A stretch of DNA of 63,846 nucleotides, counting the filler, from Octopus bimaculoides (taxonomy: Eukaryota), in NCBI RefSeq assembly GCF_001194135.2. It is 4 parts of 4 records of this genome, joined end to end, with 100 filler letters (N's around TTAATTAATTAA, not from the genome) between each part and the next. Parts side by side here need not be neighbours in the genome. Positions count along the whole stretch, not along the records: positions 1 to 30,887 come from NC_068989.1; 3 more parts are not named here. One strand, written 5' to 3'. The notes beneath the pieces are model-generated. The model was not told the DNA's origin. It searched no databases and was given only the letters and a program-made list of their open reading frames with translations. Positions 10,742 to 22,557 of the stretch are shown here, in pieces. Within the stretch, counting starts at the first letter, position 1. The number at the start of each line of letters is the position of its first letter. The translations under genes and the position numbers were made by a program.

Positions 10742-11335
10742 GTGCACATGCATTTATGTTGGGGCCTCCAGTTTTTGAGAGAAAAGGAAAAAGTTACTTT
10801 CAAATAAAGAACTGGCATAAATGCATTGGAGTAGAGACTGCTAAAGATACCTAAGGACCTGGTAGTGGTGTTAACGCCTATGTTACCATATTTCTGTTGA
10901 AGTACACTGACTTTGATGCAATTAATTTCTATAATAATGGTGAATTTAGCAGAATAACTTTGCTATTTTTGAGCTGGGATTTGAAACATAAATTAACAAG
11001 AAATTTCTCGAAGAATTTAATGGAGATTGCTTTACAAAACAGGAAATTTGTATCTAAGGCCCAGGAATAGTTTCAGGTAGGTTGGGATGAAAGTAGTTAA
11101 GCAGAGTGATGAATTACATCTACTCTCCAAGAATGCAGAACACAAAGAACCAAAACAAAAAGCCAAATCATCTCCCATGAGACAACTGAGTGCATCTGTT
11201 TGGATGCTGACAATTTGGCATGGGTGACTGGACACTCAGCCAGCTTTGTTGACAGTACTTTTTGGCACTAGATACACACATACACATGAAGACAGAAAGA
11301 ATGAGTGAGAGAGCGGTATTACAATTTATTAATTT

Positions 11336-11717
11336 ACACTTTTACTTGTTTCAGTCATTTCACTGTGGCCATGCTGGAGCACCACCTTTAGTCAAGCAAA
11401 TCGACCCCAGAACTTATTCATTGTAAGCTTGGTACTTATTCTATTGGTCTCTTTTGCCGAACCGCTTAGTTACAGGGACATAAACACACCAGCATCTGTT
11501 GTCAAGCGATGTTGGGGGGACAAACACATACACAAACATATACATATATACATATACACATATACGACGGGCTTCTTTCAGTTTCCGTCTCCCAAATCCA
11601 CTCACAAGGCTTTGGTCGGCCCGAGGCTATAGTAGAAGACACTTGCCCAAGGTGCCATGCAGTGGGACTGAACCCGGAACCATGTGGTTGGTAAGCAAGC
11701 TACTTACCACACAGCCA
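11336..11717 (-). mobile_element. SINE family A
   Basis: Reverse complement of a near full-length family A copy. Confidence 0.9.
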
Positions 11718-12658
11718 AACACAATTGACATAAATATTGTTCCCCTCTTCATACACATAAAAAGAAATATGGCCACACACATAAACCAATAGAAAGAAGA
11801 GGGAGAAAGTGGAAGAAACAGTAAAACGTCCGATATCAAATAAGATAGCATTGAATCAGTGTTACCAAATGGGCAGTGCCAAAACTGCTGTGATAAAATG
11901 TCTCATCTCTAACTTCGCTATACCAATACGAGAAGTAGTGAGGACCAATCTCGCGACACAGGTTTTCATAAAAGAAACATATGAAGGACCACGACTAGTG
12001 GTAAAACACTGTATTAAAACTTGTCCATCAAACCCGTATTAGCATAGAAAATACAAAATTTTCAGTGCTACTTTGTCATGATCTACAAGGGAGATTACTT
12101 TAGGCTACTTTTAAAATTATTTTGTACATACTTAGCATTGTAAATGTACTTTTCAAAATTCTTGATAAGAAAACCATTTGTTGTCGGCACTCCGTCGCTT
12201 ACTTACCACACAGCCACTCCTGCGCCTATAGAGAAAGTTTTCTGCAACACTGGTTGCTCTGTCCTATTTATCTCATATTCAAATAGTTCCATGAAACTAA
12301 ATCTAAGTAAGTCACTTCATGAGCTCCAGCTCTATCACACTGACATGAGAGCTAACTTTTCTAGTTATGAAATATGTACACCAATAGCTAAAGCAAATGA
12401 CACAAATCATTGTATTGTACTTTGGGGTTAGGGGCATAACTCTATTTACTACTGTGTCTGGGTAATAAACAGGTTGCACTTTTATGTTGCTTCTGTTCTT
12501 GTTGAGCTCCAAGTCAGCCATGGTTGAATAGAACTATCATCAAAAGCATTCCAACCATGACTATTTCTTCGACTCATTTTAAATATCTAGTAAGTCTTTT
12601 TTTTTTAATAGTTGGGTGTGACTATCGGGAGAAAATATATGTTTATATCAGTGTGGGG

Positions 12659-12925
12659 TTGTTGTTGGCACTCTGTCGCTTACGACGTCGAGGGTTCCAG
12701 TTGATCCGATTAACGGAACAGCCTGCTCATGAAATTAACGTGCAAGTGGCTGAGCACTCCACAGACACGTGTACCCTTAACGTAGTTCTCGGGGATATTC
12801 AGCGTGACACAGTGTGACAAGGCTGGCCCTTTGAATTACAGGTACAACAGAAACAGGAAGTAAGAGTGAGAGAAAGTTGTGGTGGAAGAGTACAGCAGGG
12901 TTCGCCACCATCCAGTGCCGGAGCC
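12659..12925. mobile_element. Dispersed SINE-like repeat, family E
   Basis: Near-identical to 58571-58880; (GTT)n at one end. Fragments at about 12180 and 54795. Confidence 0.85.
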
Positions 12926-13075
12926 ATGTAACATAAATTACATGTAACTGAACTACATTAACATGTAACATAAACATCAACTAAATTACACGTAACATAA
13001 CCTATTTGCTTCATAGATATAAGTTAAATATAGCTGCTATCACCATTGCCGCAACAACCGAAAGAAGGTACTTAC

Positions 13076-13150
13076 AAAGGATCAAAGGAATGCACTTCAC
13101 AGCTAAAGATTTTCTGCATCTCAACATCAAAACTTGACTCAAGACCAATT
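13076..13150 (-). CDS. METTL24: METTL24-like methyltransferase, exon 4
   Basis: Acceptor ctttctttcaacag|A, donor TT|gtaagt, 75 bp, phase 2 to 2. Encodes (G)IGLESSFDVEMQKIFSCEVHSFDP(F). Confidence 0.92.
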
Positions 13151-13399
13151 CTGTTGAAAGAAAGACAATATGTATATGATGTGTGTGTGTGTGTGTGTGT
13201 GCGCGCGCACGTGCATCAGTGACTCTTTGTCTTAACTTTGTATGATAGCTGTAAACAAATGTCACTGTCATACAAGTGGTGACTTTTATTTTCATTCTTC
13301 TGTGTAAAAATGCCAGGGCATGGGGAAATAATACCTTGCTTGAAAACAGCTAAGGGCATCTGGCTGTAAAAAAATCTGCCTCAACAAATAATGACTGGC

Positions 13400-13560
13400 C
13401 CATGCATGCATAATACAAATCGGTATTTCTGGGATGAAGAATTTTTATATTATGTATTAGCCAGAGTAGTTTCCTCATCTTAGTTGTTGCTTTTCACTAT
13501 GTTTCAGCTGTGTGTGCTCCACCTTCTTCAGGTAGATGGTAATTGACCTTAGTAACCTTG
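13400..13560 (-). mobile_element. Penelope-like element terminal fragment with a decayed CUGAAGA..GAAAC motif
   Basis: The minus strand reads CTGAAGAagg..ctGAAACatagtg; there is no valid cleavage triplet. Confidence 0.35.
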
Positions 13561-13741
13561 TCTAGGATTGAACTTTAAACTTCTAAGCAACTTCACTGCA
13601 TTAGCTAGTAGCACCTTTCTCCACTATGCTAAATCCATTTTTAAGGTTTATAAAGCTTCATTGATGTCCTATGTTGTCCCCTTACTGATTGGATGACACA
13701 ATTCTACATTTGTGAGATTAGGAATTTTTATATTATGTATA

Positions 13742-13945
13742 GTGAAGGTGCATAGCTCAGTGGTTAGTGCATTGGGCTCACAATCATGAGGTAGTGAGTT
13801 CAATTTCTTGACCAGGTTGTGTGTTGCATTCTTAAGCAAGACACTTTATTTTACGTTGCTCCAGTTCACTCAGCTGTAGGAATGAGTTGCTATGTCACTG
13901 GTGCCAAGCTGTATCAGCCTTTGCCTTTTCCTTGGATAACACCAG
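13742..13945 (+). mobile_element. SINE family B
   Basis: tRNA-like head tagctcagtggttag..gagttcaattt and body cttaagcaagacacttt..gttgctccagttcactcagctg. Confidence 0.8.
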
Positions 13946-13947
13946 AG

Positions 13948-14110
13948 GTGTGGAGGCAAGGTGGCTAAGTTCCTTTCGAGCGTTGGGCCACATGGAAGCA
14001 AAGTGGCCAAGCTACTGGGCTTCATGGAGGCAAAGTGGCAGAGTTCCTTTTGAGAGTTGGGCCTCATGAAGGCAAAGTGGCAGAGCTCCTCTCAAGTGTT
14101 GGGCCTTGAA
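13948..14110 (+). repeat. Diverged tandem repeat, about 4 units of roughly 30-45 bp (catggaggcaaagtggc..ttgggcc)
   Basis: Repeating core seen directly. Confidence 0.75.
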
Positions 14111-14375
14111 AAGATGAAAGGCAAAAAAATCAAAAACTGAGTTCAGTGGAATCTGAACGCAGAGTGTAAAGATGAATGAAATGTCACTAAGCAAGTGTGT
14201 TATGTGTTAATGATTCTGCCAATTTACTGCCTTACTATGAAATATTGAAAATCAATATATTTAATTACATTAAATTACCTTTTCTTATAACAGCTGTCAA
14301 ACACTACGTTATATATGGTGCATTTTAAGGGTCTCTAAACAATTGAGATCCAAATATCAAAATGTATATCATACG

Positions 14376-14973
14376 TGAAAAGACCTGACAAGCCAAGTGA
14401 GACCATAACCCATGGCCTATGCCAGGGGTGTAACCAGCCCACTTATGGGTACCTTTCCATCACTGGGCACTAAACTCTGCTTGCGAAGACCTGTTGAGGC
14501 AAGTGAAATCGAATCAAATTCGCAAATTCGATGACTGGCACCCGTGCCAGTGGAGCGCTGCGAGCACCATCCAAGCGTGAGTGTTGCCAGAGCAGCTGAC
14601 TGGCTTCCGTGCTGGTGGCATGTAAAAAGCATCATTCAAGCATGATCGTTACTAGCGTTGTGTTGGTGGCACATGAAAAAACATTTGAGCGAGGTCATTG
14701 CCAGTGCCACTGGACTGGCTTCTGTGCAGGTAGCATGTAAAAAACACCATTTGAGTGTGGCCGTTGCCAGTACCGCTTGACTGGCCCACATGCCAGTGGC
14801 ACGTAAAAGCACCCACTACACTCTCGGAGTGGTTGGCATTAGGAAGAGCATCCAGCTGTAGAAACTCCGCCAGATCAGATTAGAGCCTGGTGCAGCCATC
14901 TGGTTCACCAGTCCTCAGTCAAATCGTCCAACCCATGCTAGCATGGAAAGCAGATGTTAAATGATGATGATGA
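14376..14973 (+). mobile_element. RTE 3'-UTR-derived element with internal subrepeats and (GAT)n tail
   Basis: Shares its 3' end (aaaagcacccactacactc..ggttggcattaggaag..atgatgatg) with 10570-10741 and 17061-17400. Confidence 0.85.
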
Positions 14974-15571
14974 CGTGGTAGCATATTTATACACTTCTTA
15001 TGTTAACTCTCTCTGTATCTAACTTTTACTCCATTTCCCCCTCTCTCTTTGAGATGTAAAGTGATAAGAGAAAACAGACCAACAATTGTGTATGTGTGTG
15101 TGAATAAATATACAATTCTGTTATAAGAATTCATGCGTGTGTGCATATTTGTGTGTGTATACACATATTATTTTGTTATAAGAATTCAAAACTAATGTAG
15201 ATTGTCTGGGTCAACATTTAAAATCTTACCTGTTTATAATTTTACATGATGATGGCACATTACATGTTATGATATATCTTCTATGACTGCATTAAATAAA
15301 TAAAATTGTACTGAAAATTTGAACATTTCATAAATTTGAAATGCCATTTGTTTACTTTTTATATAGAGAAATTTAACTATATAATGACTATAAAGAATGA
15401 TCTTCTATAATTGTATATGAATTTAAACTCAGCAACATAAAGCTGGTGTGCAGTGCAGAAAAAAATGTTGTGATCTACTATTAAAAGCTATTATCCTCCA
15501 TTCCAGTGATATATACATATATATATAAGGTGATTAAAGTCAAAATAAGCAACAAGGATATCCAAAGTTAA

Positions 15572-15657
15572 TGCAGTACGATCGTTTCATGCGACTATTT
15601 AATTAAGCAATGTAAACATTGCATCAAATATAAAATGTAGAGCAATCTTCAGCTGCA
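15572..15657 (-). ncRNA. Minimal type I hammerhead motif in the left foldback arm (sense to the METTL24-like pre-mRNA)
   Basis: UGCAG-CUGAAGA-UUGC...GCAU-GAAAC-GAUC-GUA-CUGCA: 5-bp stem I and a palindromic GAUC loop. Confidence 0.6.
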
Positions 15658-15768
15658 CAAAAATATAGAAATTTAATGAAATTACATTTCAACAGAAGGA
15701 CATTATATTATATTATAAAAATATGTCCTTCTGTCTAAATGTAATTTCATTAAAATTCTATATCTTTG

Positions 15769-15856
15769 TGCAGCTGAGGATTGCTCTGCATTTTATATTT
15801 GATGTAATGTTTACATTGCTTAAATAAATGGAGTCACATGAAACAATTGTACTGCA
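15769..15856 (+). ncRNA. Minimal type I hammerhead motif in the right foldback arm
   Basis: UGCAG-CUGAGGA-UUGC...ACAU-GAAAC-AAUU-GUA-CUGCA: palindromic AAUU loop, weak stem II. Confidence 0.55.
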
Positions 15857-15916
15857 TTAACTTTGGATATCCTTGTTGCTTATTTTGACTTTAATCACCT
15901 TATTTTNNNNNNNNNN

Positions 15917-15970
<54 letters not shown>

Positions 15971-16080
15971 AAGAGAGAGAGAGAAAGAGAGGACACATAT
16001 TTATAATCATTTAAAGATACACAAAATTTAAAATAGAAAAGTATTCCAATCATTGATAAACACAGTAGGAATTTACTTAC

Positions 16081-16209
16081 CCAAATGAGTATACCAAGCA
16101 AGGCACCATGGGAAAATATCCATTATCCAAACAAACATTCCATCCTCCATCTCCCAAAGAACCAACACGCATTATCTTGTTACACGTCACCTGAATTTGG
16201 TTCATGAAT
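16081..16209 (-). CDS. METTL24: METTL24-like methyltransferase, exon 3
   Basis: Acceptor ttactttag|A, donor GG|gtaagt, 129 bp, phase 2 to 2. Encodes FMNQIQVTCNKIMRVGSLGDGGWNVCLDNGYFPMVPCLVYSFG, including the DGGW-x-VC and CLVYSFG family motifs. Confidence 0.93.
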
Positions 16210-16699
16210 CTAAAGTAATATTCAACAAATAAATTATTAATTTTTCTTTTACATAGACATAAGAACATGATGATTATAAAAGGCTGACAAGAGACATGAA
16301 GTGAAACAACTATAACTGGGAATGAAAGGCTGCATTATTTACTTCACTCTATGAAAGGGTGTTGCTTCTACTCTACAACATTAAACAGACTGACAGAGAA
16401 CCACAGGGGAAACTATATGTAACATTTCCTCATAGACCATGGAACTGGTTCTAGCCACTGTTTTTACATAAAGTCACAGCAAATCAAACCAAATGTAGTT
16501 TTAGAAATCAGAACAGCAAACAATGATTTAAATCAATGCAAGAAAAACAAATAGATAAGAAAACAGTCTTATGATGCTCATGTTGCTCTCAATATCATTA
16601 GCTTTAAAACACACGGAAGTCAGCTAAATACCATTGAAAGATTTCTTATACTATAGTTAACAAACAACAATGTGTAAAAAAGGAATCAAAGAATATTAC

Positions 16700-16764
16700 C
16701 CATGAAATAAATCTTCAAGATCTGATGCTGATTTTGCATCCAACTCTTCTGTGGACGGTAAAAT
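16700..16764 (-). CDS. METTL24: METTL24-like methyltransferase, exon 2
   Basis: Acceptor ttttcttgtttag|ATT, donor GG|gtaata, 65 bp, phase 0 to 2. Encodes ILPSTEELDAKSASDLEDLFH(G). Confidence 0.85.
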
Positions 16765-17060
16765 CTAAACAAGAAAACAAAATATGGAAGATGGATAATA
16801 ATATATTTCAGGTGCTTTCAATGTGCAGGATTTGGGAAATTTTAAGAGCTTCACTAGTTTTCTTACTTTTATCTAATGCACCAATTATGTGAAAGCTGAC
16901 AGTCTACTCTCATGTTTACCCTTAGCTGGACTACTTGCAGCAGTCACAAACAGATTATTTGATTCTGCTGATTTCTCGTGACTCTTATGTTTTCTTGACT
17001 CTCTTTTATTTGTCAAATGGGAAATTTTCCAAAAGAACTTGAAAATACTGGTCGCAATAT

Positions 17061-18362
17061 CATCATCATCATCGTTTAACATCCGTTTTCCATGCTGGCA
17101 TGGGTTGGACGATTTGACTGAGGACTGGTGAACCAGGCTCCAATCTGATCTGACAGAGTTTCTACAGCTGGATGCCTTTCCTAATGCCAACCACTCCGAG
17201 AGTGTAGTGGGTGCTTTTACGTGCCACCGGCACGAGGGACAGTCAGGCAGTACTGGTAATGGCCATGTTCAAATGGTGTTTTTTACGTGCCACCTGCACA
17301 GGAGTCAGTCCAGTGGTACTGGCAACGACCTCGCTCGAATGTTTTTTCACATCCCACCAGCACAAGTGCCAGTAAGGCGAAGCTGGTAACGATCACGCTC
17401 AAATGGGTGTGGCACTTTTTCACATAGCTATCCTCATCCATTCTCACCACATGACCATACCAGTGCAATCGTCTCTATTGCACACCACAACTGATGCTTC
17501 TTAGGTCCAACTTTTCTCTCAAGGTACTTACACATTGTCGAGTATGCACACTGACATTGGAGCATACTGGCTTCATTTCTTGCGAGCTTACGCATGTCCT
17601 CAGCAGTCACGGCCCATGTTTCCCTGCCATGTAGCATGGCTGTTCATACACAAGCATCATACAGTCTGCTTTTTACTCTGAGATAAAGGCCCTTTGTCAC
17701 CAGCAGAGGTAAGAGCTCTCTGAGCAGTGCCCAAGCTATTCTTATTCTAGCAGCTACACTTTCAGCACACCCTCTCCCTCTACTGACTTGGTCACCTAGG
17801 TAACAGAAGCTATCAACTACTTCTAGTTTTTCTCCCTGGAATGTGGCAGAAGTTGTTCTCTGCACATTTTCAGTGTTTATTGCTCCTGAGCATCTGCTAC
17901 ATACAAAAGCTATCTTCCTAGTTAGCCTTCCTTTGATATTGTTACCCCTCTTATGTCTCCATAGCTTACATTGGGTACATCTTATAGAGTTTCTACCTAT
18001 GCCTTTTCTACAGATCGAGCAGGGCCATCTACCTGAAGGGGTTTGTGGTGGTTTGTCTACCTTCCTACTTATTAGGACTTTGGTTTAAGCTACGTTGATT
18101 CTAAGGCCCTTCGATTCTAATCCTTGCTTCCACACCTGAAACTTCTCTAGTTCTGATAGTGACTCAGCAATTAGAGCAAGGTCATCAGCATAGAGAAGCT
18201 CCCAGGGGCATCCTGTCTTGAATTCCTCTGTTATTACCAGGAGGACTATGATAAATAGGAAGGGGCTGAGGACTGAACCTTGGTGGACTCCTACCTCTAC
18301 CCAGAATTCTTCACTGTACTCGTTGCCAACCCTCACCTTACTGACAGCGTCCTTGTACATAG
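17061..18362 (-). mobile_element. RTE-clade LINE, 5'-truncated (RT region, 3' UTR, (GAT)n tail)
   Basis: ORFs contain VGVHQGSVLSPFLF, WELLYADDLALIAES, VDSFCYLGDQVS and MLHGRETWAVTAED. The tail appears as catcatcat on the plus strand at 17061. Confidence 0.92.
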
Positions 18363-18600
18363 CTCACACAGAACTTGTGATAATTTTTTTACACGTTTAG
18401 GATTGGCTCGAAGGCTGCTTAGTAAGAAAACTACTTTAGTTGGAACAATTAGAAAGAACAGAGTTGAACCTCCAAGTGCTTTCACAAATGGAAAAGAAAG
18501 AGAAATCAACAGCACGATATTTGGATTTCAAAAGGATTCTATGATCCTATCTTATTGTTCCAAGAAAAATTATGTTGTCACAGTTATGAGTACAATGCAC
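18363..18600 (+). mobile_element. piggyBac-family transposase fragment
   Basis: TCDNFFT..LARRLLSKKTTLVGTIRKNR..STIFGFQKD..LSYCSKKNYVVTVMSTMH contains the DNxF catalytic-D and GTxRKN motifs. Confidence 0.88.
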
Positions 18601-18813
18601 TCTCTTTACTCTTTTACTTGTTTCAGTCATTTGACTGCGGCCATGCTGGAGCACCGCCTTTAGTCGAGCAGATCGACCCCAGGACTTATTCTTTGGAAGC
18701 CTAGTACTTATTCTATCGGTCTCTTTTGCCGAACCGCTAAGTTACGGGGACGTAAACACACCAGCATCGGTTGTCAAGCGATGTTGAGGGGACAAACACA
18801 GACACACAAACAT

Positions 18814-18858
<45 letters not shown>

Positions 18859-18903
18859 CGACGGGCTTCTTTCAGTTTCCGTCTACCAAATCCACTCACA
18901 AGG
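18601..18903 (-). mobile_element. SINE family A, 5'-truncated
   Basis: Reverse complement of the family A body and tail. Confidence 0.9.
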
Positions 18904-19774
18904 CTTCATTTTTATTCTTTTTATTTGTGAGAAACAGTAATTCTTTATTCACCTGATAGCATATACAATGTAGCCAAGAAGTAGTGGTAGTTTGAATGAA
19001 ATTTAATCAAAAGAAAATCATTGGGTCCATTGGACCCAGTTGGTAATTAGTGACACATTCTCTCTGGTAGACCAATGGTTAATGAGAAAAAAATGTTGAA
19101 AAAACATCAATACATGTGAGAGTAAAAACGGAGGGTGATTTGGGTTGTGCTAGAAACAACAGCCACACCTCCCTTGAAGTGCTCACTTTTTCCTCTGAAA
19201 ATATTTACAATTTTATCCTTTATTTTTCACTGAAATGGCTCCTCCCATGGTTTTTAATGAAAAAAAAAATGGCTTAAAACAGTCCAGATAGTTATTATTG
19301 TAAGGCTTATAGCGTTAAAAAAAACCAATAACAACAAAATCACTGGTATATTAAAAAAACAGCCAAAACTCCCTTGGTTCACCTTTCCCTTTGAAAATAT
19401 TTACAATTTTTATTGGTTTGGTAAATTTAACACAAAATCACTTAAAAATTACGCCGGTATATTATTAAAGAAATACAATGGAATGTAATTACAAACTTGT
19501 ATGCTTACAAGCAGGCGAAGACAGACAGAGGAAGGTAGCAGGGGAAAAAGTTAACAAACATCGATAAACGTACGAAGAGATAAGTAGCAACACATGAATA
19601 CGTGTGGAAATGAGTATCGTTTTACAATTAAGTATATGTATTGCTCTAGAATACGTGTGTGTGTGTGTGTGTGTGTGTATGTTACCTACTCCCTTTGCAC
19701 AAGAGACCACATAAAAACGTTATATTCAACCAATTTTAGAATATTTTTTTACAACAGTGATTACTAAGATTAAA

Positions 19775-20130
19775 TAACAGAGTTAATTTCCGTTCTATGA
19801 CACATTTTATAGACATAAAAACAGCACACCTTAGAATTTTTGTCGACATTCGTCGATTCCACACTTGTGTAAATAACACTTTAAGAGCAAAACCAATTAA
19901 ACTAACTTTACCGTTCTAAGCACATTTTATAAACAATAAAACAGCACGCCTTAGAACTGCTTACAGATATTCGGTGATTCTACACGTGTAGTGTAAATAA
20001 CATTTTTAAGAACCAACAAGGGAGCCTATGATTACTAAGGTTTATTAAAATGAGTTTAATTGCTGTTTTATAGTTCATTTTATAAACAATAAAACACTAT
20101 GCTTCGAACCCTTGTAAACATCCAAAATTC
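19775..20130. repeat. Diverged tandem repeat, about 3 units of roughly 120-140 bp (cattttataaacaataaaacagcac core)
   Basis: The core recurs at about 19803, 19923 and 20077. Confidence 0.65.
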
Positions 20131-20200
20131 AGCATGTCGTTTCTACACGGTATCATCGGTTCTCTACAGGTGCTGGTCATTAACGTATATTCAACAACTC

Positions 20201-20254
<54 letters not shown>

Positions 20255-20415
20255 TCAGAGGGTCATATATCCCAAAAAGAAGCTGACTCAAAACGTTAGA
20301 GCAGTAATGTATTTATAAGAAGTTAATTATCATTCTGGCGATATATATAATATAATATATAATATAATATATAAATATATGCATATATCCATATATATAT
20401 AAGTACATACCTACA

Positions 20416-20448
<33 letters not shown>

Positions 20449-20491
20449 CCATATATATAAGTACATACCTACATATATATATGTATATATA

Positions 20492-20735
20492 CATGCATAA
20501 ATGGGTACAGGACATCAAAAAAAAAAACCGTTAAACACAATGAGAAACGAAAACATAGAAACGAACTTTTTTTCGAACAGCGAAACAAACAAACAGAGAA
20601 ACGAGACATACTACATAAAGAGAATACCCCTTCGTCTGTTGTCCCTATTTCATCTACTCTACGTTTCGAAGGCAAGGAGAATACGCGACTTCGTTGAAAC
20701 AGTCCTTCCCGCAAAGCAAATAAAATAAAATTTGG
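20492..20735 (+). mobile_element. Dispersed repeat family G, probably a Penelope-like terminus
   Basis: Related to 53455-53650 (+) and 54045-54280 (-); carries the acgtttcga motif typical of PLE ends. Confidence 0.6.
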
Positions 20736-20875
20736 AATTTTTTGCGGAGGGTGAAAGTGTTAACAAGAACAGGACAGTGAGATGTGTGTGCCCGCACGCA
20801 ACCTGTCCCTGTATGTTTAGTAAAAAAAAAATTACAAATAACAACAAAATAATGGTTATTTATACATTTCCTTAC

Positions 20876-20980
20876 CGGAGAAGGTTCAGTATGAATGCTC
20901 GAAATTATAAGATATACAAAAAGGCCAAGTATAGTCAGGATATAAGCTTTTAAACAGAGTCGCTTCTTACTTACGATCAT
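20876..20980 (-). CDS. METTL24: METTL24-like methyltransferase, exon 1 (signal anchor): MIVSKKRLCLKAYILTILGLFVYLIISSIHTEPSP
   Basis: ATG, basic residues, then a hydrophobic run. Donor CCG|gtaagg is phase 0 and splices in frame to exon 16700-16764. The six exons total 807 nt (268 aa plus stop). Confidence 0.75.
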
Positions 20981-21844
20981 TTCAAGACCATGTCAGTACT
21001 AACAAGTTTCGAAAGTTGGTTTACGACAAATTGCCGAAAAACATAGTCTGCTGGCCTTTGCCGGCAAATTATAGTGTTGAGAATAGTTTATAAAATTAGA
21101 CCAAAATACGTTTTTCAAATTTCTATTATTCCACTTTATATTTGTTGTCTTTTTTTTTTATGCGATTTAAAATTATTTTACAGTTGTTTGTGTCAATATT
21201 TTGGTTTCCGGCTCAACTGAAATATGCTAATAGGTGATAACTACCTGTTCTAGGTGAAATAAGATATGAGTTTATTGATTCTAACTTTCATTGATTTCAT
21301 TTTCTCCGTCCAATGATATTTAAAATATTATTCTTTCTATAAAATTATTCTTAAAAGATTTGACAACTGTTCATGATTTTTTCTTCCTATTTTTGTTCAA
21401 ACTTCATTATATTATTTCTTTTTCTACAGTTATTTTATAGATATTCCTTTCCTATTTGGGTTGCTTTATTGGAACAAATATGGTAATTTTTAATAGAGTC
21501 ATACTCTTGGGTATGGAAACAGTCAACTAAATCGTCTTATTTCTTTACAGGTATTATTTCATTTCACCTGAGAAAAGGTTTAGTCGACCCCCGAGGGCAC
21601 TTGAATGCAGTGGGACGTAAATTGAATGTTACAAAATAATTTCCAGTTCTGTCTTATCGGAGTTGTCTTTCATGCTTGTAATTTTTGGTTAAATTTTAGA
21701 GTTCTTGTCTCCTCACTGCTTGGAATAACCACAGTTGATCGAAGCTTATCAATTTATTGTAAAGTAATCTTACAATCTATTACTTTATAGTACTCATCTC
21801 TAATATGTAGTAACAGCCATTAAAATGGAAGTTCTCTATTAACT

Positions 21845-21905
<61 letters not shown>

Positions 21906-21984
21906 AATGACCACCAGCAAGATTTCCATAAAGCCAGATCCTCTGGTGATCAACTGTTCTCTGTCACCTATTATTGGGCTCCTC

Positions 21985-22260
21985 AATGAGTGCATCCTGC
22001 CAGTGATGATTTACGGCAGGGAAACATGGACTCTCAACACTACCATCACGAACGCTCTCATTGTAGTGAAACGCAAAACGGAACGAATCATGCTCAGCAT
22101 CACATTGCGGGACGAGAAAACAAATACCTAGATACGGCATTACACGAATGTCAACGACATCATAAGAACTATCAAGGAAAACTAATATAAACGGGCTGGC
22201 TACATCGCATGACTGAAGAACAACAGATGGACAATCAGGGTGACGTTATGGAGACCAAGA
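21985..22260 (+). mobile_element. RTE/BovB-like LINE 3' fragment
   Basis: NECILPVMIYGRETWTLN..KTERIMLSITLRD..AGYIA*LKNNRWT. Confidence 0.75.
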
Positions 22261-22557
22261 CAATGTTTACACCCTACTGAGATAGTATTTGCCTTTCATT
22301 TTTACGGAAGCAATAAAATCAGTATTAATCAAGCTCAGAAGCCGATATTAATTGGCTATACTCATCTCCAAATTCATGCTTTTATGCCAATGTTTGAAAT
22401 TAGTATTACTCTCTATAGGAATGGCAGTCGGAAGACAGCAGACGACAGCGCCTTTAACTAAAAATACATACTGACGTTTAATAACTCTATGCGAAGTTTA
22501 TATCTGGAAGACGTCGGTGATTTCGTTCGGCTATACCTCTCCCGTGCACATTCTTGA

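Larger units (their letters stand above)
15525..15903. repeat. Long foldback: arms 15525-15703 and 15723-15903, 19-nt AT loop
   Basis: The arms are reverse complements with scattered mismatches. Confidence 0.95.
20050..21985. repeat. Duplicate block (partner of 1790-3530) containing METTL24-like exon 1 and its upstream region
   Basis: Collinear similarity to 1790-3530. Confidence 0.8.

Noticed and set aside
12659-14973. Repeated short units that might suggest a CRISPR-like array
   Set aside because: The units are diverged subrepeats inside eukaryotic retroelement UTRs, with no constant repeat and unique spacer pattern and no cas genes.
16885-17050. Open frame IATSIFKFFWKISHLTNKRESRK..SSPAKG between METTL24-like exons 1 and 2, looking like a stem-region exon
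   Set aside because: The only good donor (G|gtaaac, 16919) is phase 1 while exon 2 needs phase 0, and exon 1 already splices in frame to exon 2. It would need RNA evidence or a 1-bp assembly error.
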